A stretch of DNA of 64,000 bases from Rubripirellula sp. (GTDB lineage: Bacteria; Planctomycetota; Planctomycetia; Pirellulales; Pirellulaceae): contig OZ244207.1 of NCBI GenBank assembly GCA_965216875.1, forward strand, positions 2,304,001 through 2,368,000. Direction: 5' to 3'. Of this stretch, positions 50,396 through 60,471 are shown piece by piece (the stretch's first letter is position 1; each line of letters starts with the position of its first letter). The notes under the pieces were generated by a model, which saw only the letters and a list, made by a program, of their open reading frames with translations, ran no database searches and had not been told where the DNA came from. The position numbers were made by a program, and so were the translations under genes.

Positions 50396-52831
50396 ATGCA
50401 TCGCCCCCTCCTGACCCTTTCGTGCTTGAGTCTGTTTCTGTTCGCATCGGTTGCCGATGCGTATCGCCCTGAGATCTCAGGCACGCTACCGCGCGGACTC
50501 CAGCGCGGGACCACTGCTACCGTTGTCTTGCAAGGCAACCGCATCAAGGATGCTCGCCAAATCTTGATGGACAAAGGTGGTGCAAACATCAAGTCGATCA
50601 AAGCGCTTGATGATCGCAAAGTCGAACTTGAAATCGAGGTCCCCGCCGAAACTCAGCCGGGTCTGTACCCGATGCGTCTGGTCACCGAAACGGGCCTCAG
50701 CAACGTCGTCATGTTCTCGGTCGGCGTCATGCCACAAGTGGACGAGAAGGAGCCCAACAGCGAATTCGCGACTCCCCAAGTTGTCGACAACAACACAACG
50801 ATCGAAGGCGCCGTCGCACGCGAAGATGAAGACTACTACGCCGTGACGCTCAAAGAGGGCCAGCCTTTCACGGCCGAGCTTGAAGGTGTCCGCATCAAGA
50901 AGGGACGAAGCAACCCCTTCTTTGATCCCTACATCGCGATCCTGAACTCCGAGCGTTTTGAGCTGGCAACGAGTGATGACGCGCCGCTGCTTCAACAAGA
51001 CTGCGTCTGCTCGATCCGTGCACCTAAAGATGGCACGTACATTGTCGTCGTACGCGACAGCTCCTTTGGCGGAAACAACGATCGCTACCGCTTGCACGTT
51101 GGTTCGTACCCGCGACCACTTGCGGTGGTGCCTGCAGGTGGTGCCCCTGGTGAACTGGTCGACATGACCTTCATCGCTGCCGGTGGCGAGGCTTGGATCG
51201 ACAAAGTCCAAATGCCAAGTGAAGCCAATGAAGCTTACCCATTGGTCATTTCGGGCGAAGGCGGCACGTCACCGTCACCCAACTTCATTCGCGTTCAACC
51301 GATGCAAAACGTGATTGAAAAGGAATCGAACAATTCGGTGAAAGAGTCGACCCCCGGAACCTTGCCCGCTGCGTTTTGCGGCTCGATTGGCGAACCCGGC
51401 GACACCGATTTTTTCAGCTTCGAAGCGAAGAAGAACCAAACCGTCACGATTCGTTTGTTTGGTCGAAAAACACTGCGGACGGCACTCGACAGTGTCATGA
51501 ACATCTACAACGACAAAGGGGGCCGAGTCGCTGGAAACGACGACACCGGCGGTCCAGACAGTTTCGTTCAGTACAAGATCCCTGCCGACGGCAAGTACCA
51601 CATCGGCATCTATGACCACCTTCGCGGTGGCGGTCCCGAATACGGCTATCGCATTGAAGCGAAGCTCTTCGAACCTCAATTGACCCTGTCGATGCCCGAT
51701 CGTCGACGTTACGAAGCAACCCAAATCAATGTCGCCCAAGGCAATCGCGCCGCAGTGATGATGAACGCCTCTCGCTCTGGATTTGGCGGGCCGATCGACA
51801 TCAGTGCCGAGAACCTTCCCGAGGGTGTCACCCTGACGCCCATTCAAATGCCCGGCAATCGCACTACGGTTCCAGTCCTGGTTACTGCGACGGCCGATGC
51901 AAAACTTGATGGCCGGCTCGTTAACTTCGTTGGCAAGGCCGTTGATAGCCCCAACGTTCCGAGCCGATTCACACAACGACATCAATTGTTGATCGGGCAA
52001 AACAACTCGGTCGTATACGATTACCACGCGGATCGCGGCGCGGTCTCCGTCATTAACAAACTGCCCGTCACCATCTCCGTCACCCAGCCTCAGGTACCAA
52101 TCGTCCGAAATGGAGCGTCGCATGTTGTCGTGAAAGCAAATCGCGACGGCTACGACGGCGACATCTCGGTCCGAATGCTCTACAACCCACCTGGAATCGG
52201 ATCGAGCGGCAGCATCAAGATCCCCAAGGGCAAAGACGAAGCACACATCCCCATCACCGCCAACGGTTCAGCGGCCATCGGCAAGTGGCCGCTAATCGTT
52301 TACGCAAGTGTTGCCGGTAACGAGATTGCTTCCGAGCCAGTGACGCTTGAAATCGCCGACCGAATCTTCAACTTTGGATTCCCCAAAACAAGCAGCGAGC
52401 TCGGCGCCGAGGCGGATGTCTTGGTCAATGTCGAAGTCTTGCGTGAGTTCGAGGGTAAGTGCGAGGTCGAACTTGTTGGCATTCCCGCGGGCGTCACCTG
52501 TGAGAACCCCAAGGCCGAGGTGGGCAACGACACCGAGAAGATTGCGTTCAGCGTCAAGATCGACCCCAAAGCTCGCGTCGGCCAGCACAAGACACTTGTT
52601 GCTCGCGCCAGGATCACGAGCGACAAAGGTGTGATTCAACAGACGCAAGGAACGGGAACGGTGCAAATCGACAAGCCAATCCCCGCTCCGGTGGCGAAGA
52701 AGCCAGAACCGAAAAAGAAAGAGGCTCCCAAGCCAGCCGCTAAGCCTGCGGCCCCCGCAAAACCAAAACCACTTTCCCGAATCGAGCAGCTTCGCAAAAT
52801 GCGCGAAGAGGCTCGCAAACGTGGCGAGTGA
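50396..52831 (+). CDS. Secreted PPC-domain / Ig-like protein
   Basis: Signal peptide; PRGLQRGT; EKEPN; EDEDYY; DPYIAIL; DTDFFSF; Pro/Lys/Ala linker near the C-terminus. Confidence 0.85.
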   Translation: MHRPLLTLSCLSLFLFASVADAYRPEISGTLPRGLQRGTTATVVLQGNRIKDARQILMDKGGANIKSIKALDDRKVELEIEVPAETQPGLYPMRLVTETGLSNVVMFSVGVMPQVDEKEPNSEFATPQVVDNNTTIEGAVAREDEDYYAVTLKEGQPFTAELEGVRIKKGRSNPFFDPYIAILNSERFELATSDDAPLLQQDCVCSIRAPKDGTYIVVVRDSSFGGNNDRYRLHVGSYPRPLAVVPAGGAPGELVDMTFIAAGGEAWIDKVQMPSEANEAYPLVISGEGGTSPSPNFIRVQPMQNVIEKESNNSVKESTPGTLPAAFCGSIGEPGDTDFFSFEAKKNQTVTIRLFGRKTLRTALDSVMNIYNDKGGRVAGNDDTGGPDSFVQYKIPADGKYHIGIYDHLRGGGPEYGYRIEAKLFEPQLTLSMPDRRRYEATQINVAQGNRAAVMMNASRSGFGGPIDISAENLPEGVTLTPIQMPGNRTTVPVLVTATADAKLDGRLVNFVGKAVDSPNVPSRFTQRHQLLIGQNNSVVYDYHADRGAVSVINKLPVTISVTQPQVPIVRNGASHVVVKANRDGYDGDISVRMLYNPPGIGSSGSIKIPKGKDEAHIPITANGSAAIGKWPLIVYASVAGNEIASEPVTLEIADRIFNFGFPKTSSELGAEADVLVNVEVLREFEGKCEVELVGIPAGVTCENPKAEVGNDTEKIAFSVKIDPKARVGQHKTLVARARITSDKGVIQQTQGTGTVQIDKPIPAPVAKKPEPKKKEAPKPAAKPAAPAKPKPLSRIEQLRKMREEARKRGE

Positions 52832-52942
52832 ACACCGTAATTGAACAAACCGAATGATTTGCCCGATGGATGGGCAGCCCCAATACCCATGCTGACATCG
52901 CCACGTTGTTAGCCACCAAAGGAAAGACCCGAAGGTATCACT

Positions 52943-55417
52943 ATGATGCGTCGACTATCCGGAACATTCGCCTTGTTGTTGACTGCCAGCATTTCTTTCG
53001 CAGCCGAACCGGATCCTGATCCCGTTCCGGCTCCAGCGAGCTCAACGTCAGCGGCCGCCCCGTCTCAAAAGCTCAACCTCGCTGTCTATCCGCCAGCGAT
53101 CCAGCTCGACACGTCGCGTGACTATCAATCGTTCATCGCCGTGGTCAAACGCTCCGACGATGTGACCATGGACGTTACCGACGCCGCCCATTGGAACTTG
53201 GCAAACGACAAGCTCGCCAAGATCGAGGGCAACAAAATCGTCCCCTTGGCTGACGGTGAAACCGAGTTGGTTTGCAACATGGGCGGGAGCGAAATTCGTA
53301 TTCCTGTCAAAGTCACGCGTAGTGGCGAAAAGATGCCGATCTCCTTCGAGAAAGACATCGTTCCGATCATGACGCGAAGCGGCTGTAATACCGGCAGCTG
53401 CCACGGAGCCGCACGTGGCAAAGACGGCTTCATGATCAGTCTCTTCGGTTACGATCCAGCCGGTGACTACAAACGCATCACTCGCGAAATCGGGATGCGT
53501 CGAATCAATCTCGCCGTGCCAGAAGAAAGTCTCTTCCTGACCAAGGCAGTTGGTTCGGTGCAACACACCGGCGGCAAGCTATTTGGCGAGGACAGTGTTT
53601 ACTACCAATCGATCCTTGAATGGTTGCAAGCCGGCGCTCCTGGCGACGCCACACCACCGCCAGCGGTTGAAAAGCTCGAGATCTACCCACCCCAAGCGGT
53701 CATCGAAGGCACTGGCAGCAAACAACGCTTCATTTCAATTGCCCACTACGCTGACGGCACGACGCGCGACGTGACAAACCTTTCGGCGTTCATGACCAAC
53801 AACGAAACGTCGGCCGCAATCGACAACGACGGGAACGTCACCGCCGGAGCTCGTGGCGAAGCCTTTGTGATGGCTCGCTTTGAAACAAAGACGGAGGGAC
53901 GACAAGTCTTGGTCTTGCCCAAAGAGCTCAACTACAAGGCTCCCGAGATCCAAGGAAACTACATCGACCAACTCGTTGGCAAGAAACTGAACCAGCTGCG
54001 AATTCTGCCCTCTGGTCTCTGCACCGATGAAGAGTTTCTGCGACGCATCACGGTCGACATCACCGGCCAACTGCCAACGGAGCAAGAGTATCAACAGTTT
54101 CTCAACGACGCGGCTCCGAACAAACGTGCCGAGCTGATCGATCGTTTGCTCGAGCGCAAAGAGTTCAGCGAAATCTGGGCGATGAAGTTTGCTCAGCTGT
54201 TGATGATCAAGAGTACGAACCAAGTCTCTTACAAGTCGGCGTTCCTCTACAACCAATGGCTGACCGACAAGTTCGCCAAGAATGTTCCGATCGACGAGAT
54301 GGTTCGCGAACTCTTTGGGGCGACCGGCGGTACATTCAGCAACCCGGCGACCAACTACTACCAGATTGAACGCGATACATTGAAGCGTGCCGAAAACGCG
54401 GCTCAAGTCTTCATGGGCATCCGCACACAGTGTGCTCAGTGCCACAACCATCCGCTCGACCGCTGGACGATGAATGACTACTACGGTTTTGCCGCGTTCT
54501 TCTGTCAAACAGGCACCAAGAATGCAGAGGACTACCGCGAGCGAATCATCTACGACCGCCGCAGTGGTGAGGTCAAGCATACGGTCACCGGCCAGGTGAT
54601 GGCCCCCAAATTCCTTGGTGGCGAAACACCTGACACCAAGGGCAAAGACCGCCGTGTCGTGATGGCCGAGTGGCTTACGAGCCCCAACAACCCCTACTTC
54701 TCGACCAGCATCGCCAATCGAGTTTGGGCACACTTCATGGGCGTCGGTATCGTTGAACCGGTTGATGACATTCGCGTTTCCAACCCACCAACCAATCCCG
54801 AACTGTTCCAAACGCTGGGTGACAAACTTGCGGAATACAAATTCGACTTCCGTCAACTTGTCCGCGACATCTGCAACAGCCATGCGTACCAACGCACGGC
54901 GACGCCAAACGAGAGCAACCAGTCGGACACGCGCAACTACGCCTATGCGACGGTTCGTCGGATTCCCGCCGAGATGCTCCTCGACTGCGTCAGCCAAGTG
55001 ACAAACACCAAGGAAAAATTCCGAGGTTTGCCGCTGGGTGCTCGCGCTGTCCAAATCGCAGATGGACGCACCAGCACCTATTTCCTGAACACCTTCGGAC
55101 GCGCACCTCGAAATACGGTTTGCGACTGCGAGGCATCGACCGATCCATCGCTTTCACAAGCACTTCACCTGCTCAATGGCAGTGCCACCAGTGGCAAAAT
55201 CACTCAGGGCAAAGTCGTTGACGAACTACTGAAAGACAACGCAAGCACCGAGGACGCCCTGAAGCGTTTGTACGTGCGTTGCCTGTCCCGATATCCCACC
55301 GACGACGAAATGAAAGAGCTTTTGGCCAACGTTTCGTCGGCACCCAACGCAAAAACCGGCTTAGAAGACGTCTTCTGGGCCATTTTGAATAGTCGCGAGT
55401 TCGTCTTTAACCACTGA
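52943..55417 (+). CDS. DUF1549/DUF1553 protein with Ig-like (Big_2) domains and heme-c motifs
   Basis: Signal peptide; GCNTGSCHG; NYID...FLRR; CAQCHNHP; NRVWAHFMGVGIVEPVDD; QALHLLN; LNSREFVFNH. Confidence 0.95.
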   Translation: MMRRLSGTFALLLTASISFAAEPDPDPVPAPASSTSAAAPSQKLNLAVYPPAIQLDTSRDYQSFIAVVKRSDDVTMDVTDAAHWNLANDKLAKIEGNKIVPLADGETELVCNMGGSEIRIPVKVTRSGEKMPISFEKDIVPIMTRSGCNTGSCHGAARGKDGFMISLFGYDPAGDYKRITREIGMRRINLAVPEESLFLTKAVGSVQHTGGKLFGEDSVYYQSILEWLQAGAPGDATPPPAVEKLEIYPPQAVIEGTGSKQRFISIAHYADGTTRDVTNLSAFMTNNETSAAIDNDGNVTAGARGEAFVMARFETKTEGRQVLVLPKELNYKAPEIQGNYIDQLVGKKLNQLRILPSGLCTDEEFLRRITVDITGQLPTEQEYQQFLNDAAPNKRAELIDRLLERKEFSEIWAMKFAQLLMIKSTNQVSYKSAFLYNQWLTDKFAKNVPIDEMVRELFGATGGTFSNPATNYYQIERDTLKRAENAAQVFMGIRTQCAQCHNHPLDRWTMNDYYGFAAFFCQTGTKNAEDYRERIIYDRRSGEVKHTVTGQVMAPKFLGGETPDTKGKDRRVVMAEWLTSPNNPYFSTSIANRVWAHFMGVGIVEPVDDIRVSNPPTNPELFQTLGDKLAEYKFDFRQLVRDICNSHAYQRTATPNESNQSDTRNYAYATVRRIPAEMLLDCVSQVTNTKEKFRGLPLGARAVQIADGRTSTYFLNTFGRAPRNTVCDCEASTDPSLSQALHLLNGSATSGKITQGKVVDELLKDNASTEDALKRLYVRCLSRYPTDDEMKELLANVSSAPNAKTGLEDVFWAILNSREFVFNH

Positions 55418-55572
55418 TGAACGTAAAATGGCGACTGTGATCACGCACATGATCTCAGCCGCCACGCGATGAAACTCACGGGGGGAAAGACAAACGCTTT
55501 CCCCAATTCCGCCAGGACCGTTACGTAACAACGGTTCCCTAGGCGCATCCATTCTCTGTGACGAAAACGAAG

Positions 55573-58500
55573 ATGAATCGTATCGTTTTGACTCTCGGCG
55601 GCTTGGCAGTTGTTGCATCCACGGCACTCGCGCAGGAAGCAAAAAAGGAAACTCCCAAAGATCCACCCAAGATCAATTACGCCGAGCATGTGCTGCCGAT
55701 TTTTCGTGAGCACTGTATGAAGTGCCACAACGCCAACGACGCCAAAGGCGGCCTTGCGCTCGACAGCTTCGCAGCATTGATGGAAGGCGGCGGTAGTGGC
55801 GAGATCGTGTACGACGGCGATGCCGACGGCAGTCGTCTGTATCAATTGATGATCCATGAAGACACGCCGGTCATGCCGCCGAATCAGGATCCAATTGCCA
55901 AAGAGAAATTGGATGTCATCAAAAACTGGATCAACGGCGGTCTGCTCGAAAACAGTGGAAGCAAGGCCCGTAAAAAGAAAGGCCCCTCGCTTTCAGTAGC
56001 CAACCTTGCAATCGGCGAAAAACCTGAAGTCATCTCGATGCCCCAGAGCACATGGCGTGTTCCGGTGGTCGTCTCGAAACGAGCGGCCGCATCGTCTGCA
56101 CTCGCAGTAAGTCCATGGGCGCCTCTTGTTGCCGTGGGCGGACAGCGCCAAGTTGCGTTGTACAACACCGATACCGCGGAACTGCTGGGCATCTTGCCTT
56201 ACCCCGAGGGCATTCCACAATCGATTCGCTTCAACGTCGATGGTTCTTACCTGCTTGTCGCCGGTGGCACGCACGCTTCACGCGGCGTCGCAGCCGTCTA
56301 CGACATCAAGACGGGGCAACGTGTTGTTGCTGTTGGCGACGAACTTGATACCGCGTTTGGTGCGGACATCAACGAAAGCATGAGTCGCATCGCGACCGGC
56401 GGCCCTGAAAAGCTCGTCCGCATCTACGACGTTGCTTCGGGCGACAAGCTTTTCGAACTCAAGAAACACACCGACTGGATCTACTGCGTCGACTACAGCC
56501 CAGATGGAATCTTCGTTGCATCGGGCGACCGAAGCGGCGGATTGCATGTCTGGGAAGCTGATACGGGTCGCTTGTACCTCGATCTAGTCGGCCACAAAGG
56601 TGCAATCCGCGGAATCTCCTGGCGTGCTGACTCGAACGTTTTGGTCAGTGCCAGTGAGGACGGCACCGTGAAAATGTGGGAAATGAACGAAGGCAAACAG
56701 CTCAAGAGCTTCAATGCTCATGGCGGCGGTGCAACCGGCATCATGATGGGCAAGGATGGCCAAATGGTGACCAGCGGCAAAGACCGTACGGTGAAATTCT
56801 GGAAAGCCGATGGCGGTGGCATTCGTACCTTCCCCGCCTTTGCTGAACCTGCACTCGAAGCCGTCATCACGCACGACGGCAGCAAGGTCATCGGCGGCGA
56901 CTGGAGCGGTCGAACGGTGATGTGGAACAGCGCCGACCCGAAACAAGCCGTTGAATTGGCTGCCAATCCCCCAACGTTGCAACAACAACAAGCTGCCTTG
57001 ACCGCGCGCGTCGCGGAACTTGACAAGTTGGTCGCCCAAGCCTCCGCCAATTATGCCAACAGCCAAAAAGGCGTTGAAGTCGCCAAAGCTGCGCATGGGG
57101 GCATGGTCAACAAACTCGCCGAAACCAAAAACCTGCTAGCCAAGGCGAACACCGATAAAGCGGCGGCCGACAAGAAAATGGCTGATCTCAAAGCCCAGCG
57201 TGCAAGCGAAGATCAGAAACTCAAAGCCGCAAACGCGAAAATCGCGACGCTCGACAAGCAAATCAAAGACGCGACTGCACGGCTTGCCACTGCAAACCAA
57301 CAAGCTGCGGCTGCCACCACGCGCCGCGAGGCTGCAAAGAAAGAGTTGGCAACGGCGCAAGCATCACTGACCGACCTGAAAGCCAATATCGCCAAGGTCA
57401 AACAGGCTGCCACCGCGCGACTAAGCCAGCTGACGATGTCAGAGCTCGATGTCGCCGCCAAGGAACAACTCGCCGCACGCACCGAAGCGAACGCTGAAAA
57501 TGCTCGCAAGGCAAGTGAGCAGAAGCTGAACGACACGAACGGAAAGATCGCTGCACTCAACGCCCAGATCAAGACTTCGACCGAGAAGATCACGGCACTG
57601 GCCGCTGAAAAGAAAGCATCCTCCGAACTGATCGTTTCTCATACCGCGAAGGTCACCGAAAGTCAGAAAGCCGTCGACGCAAAGAATGCGCAGATTGCTG
57701 GCATCCAAAAACAGATCGCCGAAGCGAAAGACGACGCGCAAAAGAAGACGCTCAACGAGCAACTCACCAAGGTCCAAGGCGAACTCAAGTCCGCCCAAGG
57801 TGTGAAGGCTGCTGCCGATTCCCAACTCTCCGAATCCAAATCGAAGCTTGCTTCAATCGACAAACAAGTCGTTGACCTCAACAATTTGATCGCTAGCTCG
57901 AAAAAGCAGCTCGAACCGCTCGCACCTCAACGCGATACATTCGCCGCACAACTGAAACAGCATTTGACCAATCGCGACGCCGCCGCGACCGAAAAGGCCA
58001 AGCACACCGCGGCCCGCAATCAGGTCATGGCGCAGATCAAGGCGGAGGAAAAAAACAAGGCCCAGACGGTCGCCAAAATTGCCGACATGGTCGCCCAGGA
58101 AAACGGACTGACAGCCAAAGTCCAGCAACACCAAGCTTCTGCCAATCGCGAAGAAGCCGCTCGCGTTGCCGCCGCAAACCAAGCAACCACCGAGCAACAG
58201 GCCATCGACAAGAACAAGCCTCTTCTGGCAGCCGAGCAAGCGATCAAGCAAACGGCCACAAAGAAAATCGGTGAACTCGATGCAGCTTTGAAGGCACAAC
58301 CTGGCGTGATCGCAGGATTCGCAAATGCAATCAAACAACACTCTGCTGCGATGCCAAACATCGAAAAGCAAATTGCGGCGATGAAGACCAAAGTGGACGA
58401 GTCGAACAAAGCGATGGTCGCCGCTAAGACCGCGGTCGATACAGCTGGAGCTAACGCATCAGCCGCTAAGAAACGGCTGGAAAGCATCAAGACGGAGTTG

Positions 58501-58845
58501 GTCGCCTTCGAATCCCACGCGGCCAAACTCGCAGCAGAATTTGAGCAGATGCAAGCGGACGCCGATGCAAAACGCAAAGCAGTGACTCCTCAGGCGGACG
58601 CGGCTGCGAAGTTGACCGCATCGATGACTGCACGTGACGCTGAAATGAAAAAGATCGCCCAGACTGTTGCGATGCTCCAGGCAGAAATGTCCGCCATGCA
58701 GAAGTCACAAGCGACCGACAAACAATCACTCGACACAGTCAAAGGCAAGCTGCAAGAGCTCGAAACGGCCGCCGAAGACGCCGAAGCCGAAGCAGCAACC
58801 CGCAAGGACAAGCTCGACTTCTTCAAGTCTGCCTACGGAGCGTAA
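55573..58845 (+). CDS. Planctomycete cytochrome c (PSCyt1), WD40 propeller and very long coiled coil
   Basis: Signal peptide; VLPIFREHCMKCH...MPP...WI; WD40 repeats (HTDWIY, GHKGAI..SASEDGTVKMW); Ala/Lys/Gln/Glu heptads from about aa 470 to the end. Confidence 0.92.
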   Translation: MNRIVLTLGGLAVVASTALAQEAKKETPKDPPKINYAEHVLPIFREHCMKCHNANDAKGGLALDSFAALMEGGGSGEIVYDGDADGSRLYQLMIHEDTPVMPPNQDPIAKEKLDVIKNWINGGLLENSGSKARKKKGPSLSVANLAIGEKPEVISMPQSTWRVPVVVSKRAAASSALAVSPWAPLVAVGGQRQVALYNTDTAELLGILPYPEGIPQSIRFNVDGSYLLVAGGTHASRGVAAVYDIKTGQRVVAVGDELDTAFGADINESMSRIATGGPEKLVRIYDVASGDKLFELKKHTDWIYCVDYSPDGIFVASGDRSGGLHVWEADTGRLYLDLVGHKGAIRGISWRADSNVLVSASEDGTVKMWEMNEGKQLKSFNAHGGGATGIMMGKDGQMVTSGKDRTVKFWKADGGGIRTFPAFAEPALEAVITHDGSKVIGGDWSGRTVMWNSADPKQAVELAANPPTLQQQQAALTARVAELDKLVAQASANYANSQKGVEVAKAAHGGMVNKLAETKNLLAKANTDKAAADKKMADLKAQRASEDQKLKAANAKIATLDKQIKDATARLATANQQAAAATTRREAAKKELATAQASLTDLKANIAKVKQAATARLSQLTMSELDVAAKEQLAARTEANAENARKASEQKLNDTNGKIAALNAQIKTSTEKITALAAEKKASSELIVSHTAKVTESQKAVDAKNAQIAGIQKQIAEAKDDAQKKTLNEQLTKVQGELKSAQGVKAAADSQLSESKSKLASIDKQVVDLNNLIASSKKQLEPLAPQRDTFAAQLKQHLTNRDAAATEKAKHTAARNQVMAQIKAEEKNKAQTVAKIADMVAQENGLTAKVQQHQASANREEAARVAAANQATTEQQAIDKNKPLLAAEQAIKQTATKKIGELDAALKAQPGVIAGFANAIKQHSAAMPNIEKQIAAMKTKVDESNKAMVAAKTAVDTAGANASAAKKRLESIKTELVAFESHAAKLAAEFEQMQADADAKRKAVTPQADAAAKLTASMTARDAEMKKIAQTVAMLQAEMSAMQKSQATDKQSLDTVKGKLQELETAAEDAEAEAATRKDKLDFFKSAYGA

Positions 58846-58874
58846 GCCGACAACGGCGTCGCCTCTAGCGTCGC

Positions 58875-58952
58875 AGCCCAGAGGGCGATCTATCCGTGCC
58901 GGTGGTGTTAGCCACCGGATCTGAGGCATCACTTAGTCAAGCCCGGCGGGCG
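58875..58952. repeat. REP-like palindromic element after the operon
   Basis: AGCCC-AGA-GGGCG ... CCGGTGG-TGTTAG-CCACCGG ... AGCCC-GGC-GGGCG. Confidence 0.55.
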
Positions 58953-59300
58953 TTCGGAAGAGATGGCAGAAAGATGGTGGGCAAAAAAATAGAGCCGATT
59001 GCCTACGTCTTCGAGCGGTTTGGAACACTAGTCGACGCTAATCGTCACTCATCAAAGAGTTGATGATCGGACGTCGGTATTTCGTGTGGGATAGAGATCG
59101 AAGATCGCCAAGCTGTACCAGCGATGACTTGCTCACGACGTTCTGTTGGAGCAGGGTGGGCATGTGCACTCGGCCTTGATTAGTGACGATCAGAGGCGAT
59201 GAGTGTTCCCCTCCTTTCTTATTGCCGGTTATTTGGGGACACAGCACAAAATTGAATCGTGCGATGACCGCGCTGCGTTCCCCTTCCGCGTTGCTTGATT

Positions 59301-59631
59301 GACTTGACCCAACAATCACGCAAAACGCACAGAGTGCTTTTCGTGCCTTCTTGCGTTTTTTGTGGCCATTCTCTGCATCAAACGTAGGGTGTGTGCTTGC
59401 ACGCACCGATTCTTTCATTGCCGTATTTCGCTCCGCGAAAGTTGCGTCCGACCGCTCTCTTCACGCGATACCTATTCGACTTGCCCCAACAATCACGCAA
59501 AACGCATAGAGTGCTTTTCGTGCCTTCTTGCGTGTTTTGTGGCCAATCTCTGCATCAGAAGAAGAAGCGGTGCGTGCAAGCACACACCCTACGACATTGT
59601 CGCCTTTCGCTCCGCGAAAGTAGCGTCCGAC
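59301..59631. repeat. Tandem duplication (period about 177 bp) containing an inverted REP pair
   Basis: Units start GACTTG(A/C)CCCAACAATCACG at 59301 and 59478; REP GTAGGGTGTGTGCTTGCACGCACC at 59384-59407 (+) and 59569-59592 (-). Confidence 0.9.
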
Positions 59632-59730
59632 TGCAATAATGAGCAAGCTTGACCATACTGTCTCGGAGCATCTTGATGCCCAGATGTTTCGAAAACAAAT
59701 TGATGTCCACTCAGCTCTGGTCCACTCGCC

Positions 59731-60204
59731 ATGAAGCAGCGTCAGCTTTTCATATTGCTCGCCGTTCTTGCCTTGCTTCTGCTTTTTCCCATTGGGCTTT
59801 CGATGCGCGAGAGCTATCACCGCTGGCGTTTCGCTCATTCAGAGCGTGCAGTCGTAAATAAGCAGCCCACACGTTCGCTTGTGCTCTTCAAGAATGACCA
59901 TGTCGCCAAGAACTACCATCTGGAGCGACTTGTCGACCTCGGGGCGATCAAGAAAGTGGAGTACGAATTCGTCTCCATTGAAAATGCAACTCCCGAGGCG
60001 CAAAGCATCCTGGAAAGGCTTATCGATCGAACTGGACCAACCTACATCCAGTTTCAGTCACCGGTCGGCGAACCCGACACGCCGCTCGAATTGACTTTAT
60101 GGCTCGATCCAGCAGACGAATCAGCGTGGCGGTCTTTTCTTCAAGAAGTTGATCGCAAGGGTGAACAATCGCTCAACGATGCGTCAGCCGAAGCTCAAGA
60201 GTAG
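59731..60204 (+). CDS. Hypothetical protein with N-terminal TM/signal segment
   Basis: MKQRQ followed by a hydrophobic helix; 157 aa. Confidence 0.65.
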   Translation: MKQRQLFILLAVLALLLLFPIGLSMRESYHRWRFAHSERAVVNKQPTRSLVLFKNDHVAKNYHLERLVDLGAIKKVEYEFVSIENATPEAQSILERLIDRTGPTYIQFQSPVGEPDTPLELTLWLDPADESAWRSFLQEVDRKGEQSLNDASAEAQE

Positions 60205-60281
60205 ATCCCAAACACGATTTCGCGGCCAACGCTCGTCAATGTCATGCCCCGCAAGTCGCCAGCCACACGTGAAAGAGGTTT

Positions 60282-60353
60282 GCCACAAGAAACACGAAAA
60301 GGCACAAAAGGCATTTGCCCCTATCCTTCGTACGCTCTCGTGTTTCTTGTGGC
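60282..60353. repeat. 16-bp perfect inverted repeat element
   Basis: GCCACAAGAAACACGA ... TCGTGTTTCTTGTGGC; related TTGTGGCC half-sites near 59360 and 59537. Confidence 0.75.
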
Positions 60354-60471
60354 CAATCTCTTTTTCTGAGATGATTGGAAGGTTGCGCGAATTCGGTTTC
60401 ATTCAATTCGAAGCCCGACGCCTGACACTCAATGCCAATGCACGGGCGGAGCCTTAACAGGAATCAAGCCA

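Noticed and set aside
50396..52831. Subtilase protease call for the PPC protein
   Set aside because: No Asp/His/Ser subtilase catalytic motifs are visible; only PPC and Ig-like modules.
53735..55054. 439-aa antisense ORF, and similar ones at 51275-52246, 49440-50393, 47332-48270 and 10678-11706
   Set aside because: Shadow ORFs opposite well-supported genes, expected from GC-rich codon bias; no recognisable motifs.
56975..58845. Smc / chromosome-segregation protein call
   Set aside because: No Walker motifs or hinge domain; the protein has a signal peptide and a heme-c motif.
59038..59838. Short ORFs overlapping the tandem repeat
   Set aside because: They are translations of the repeated palindromic DNA with no protein-like features.
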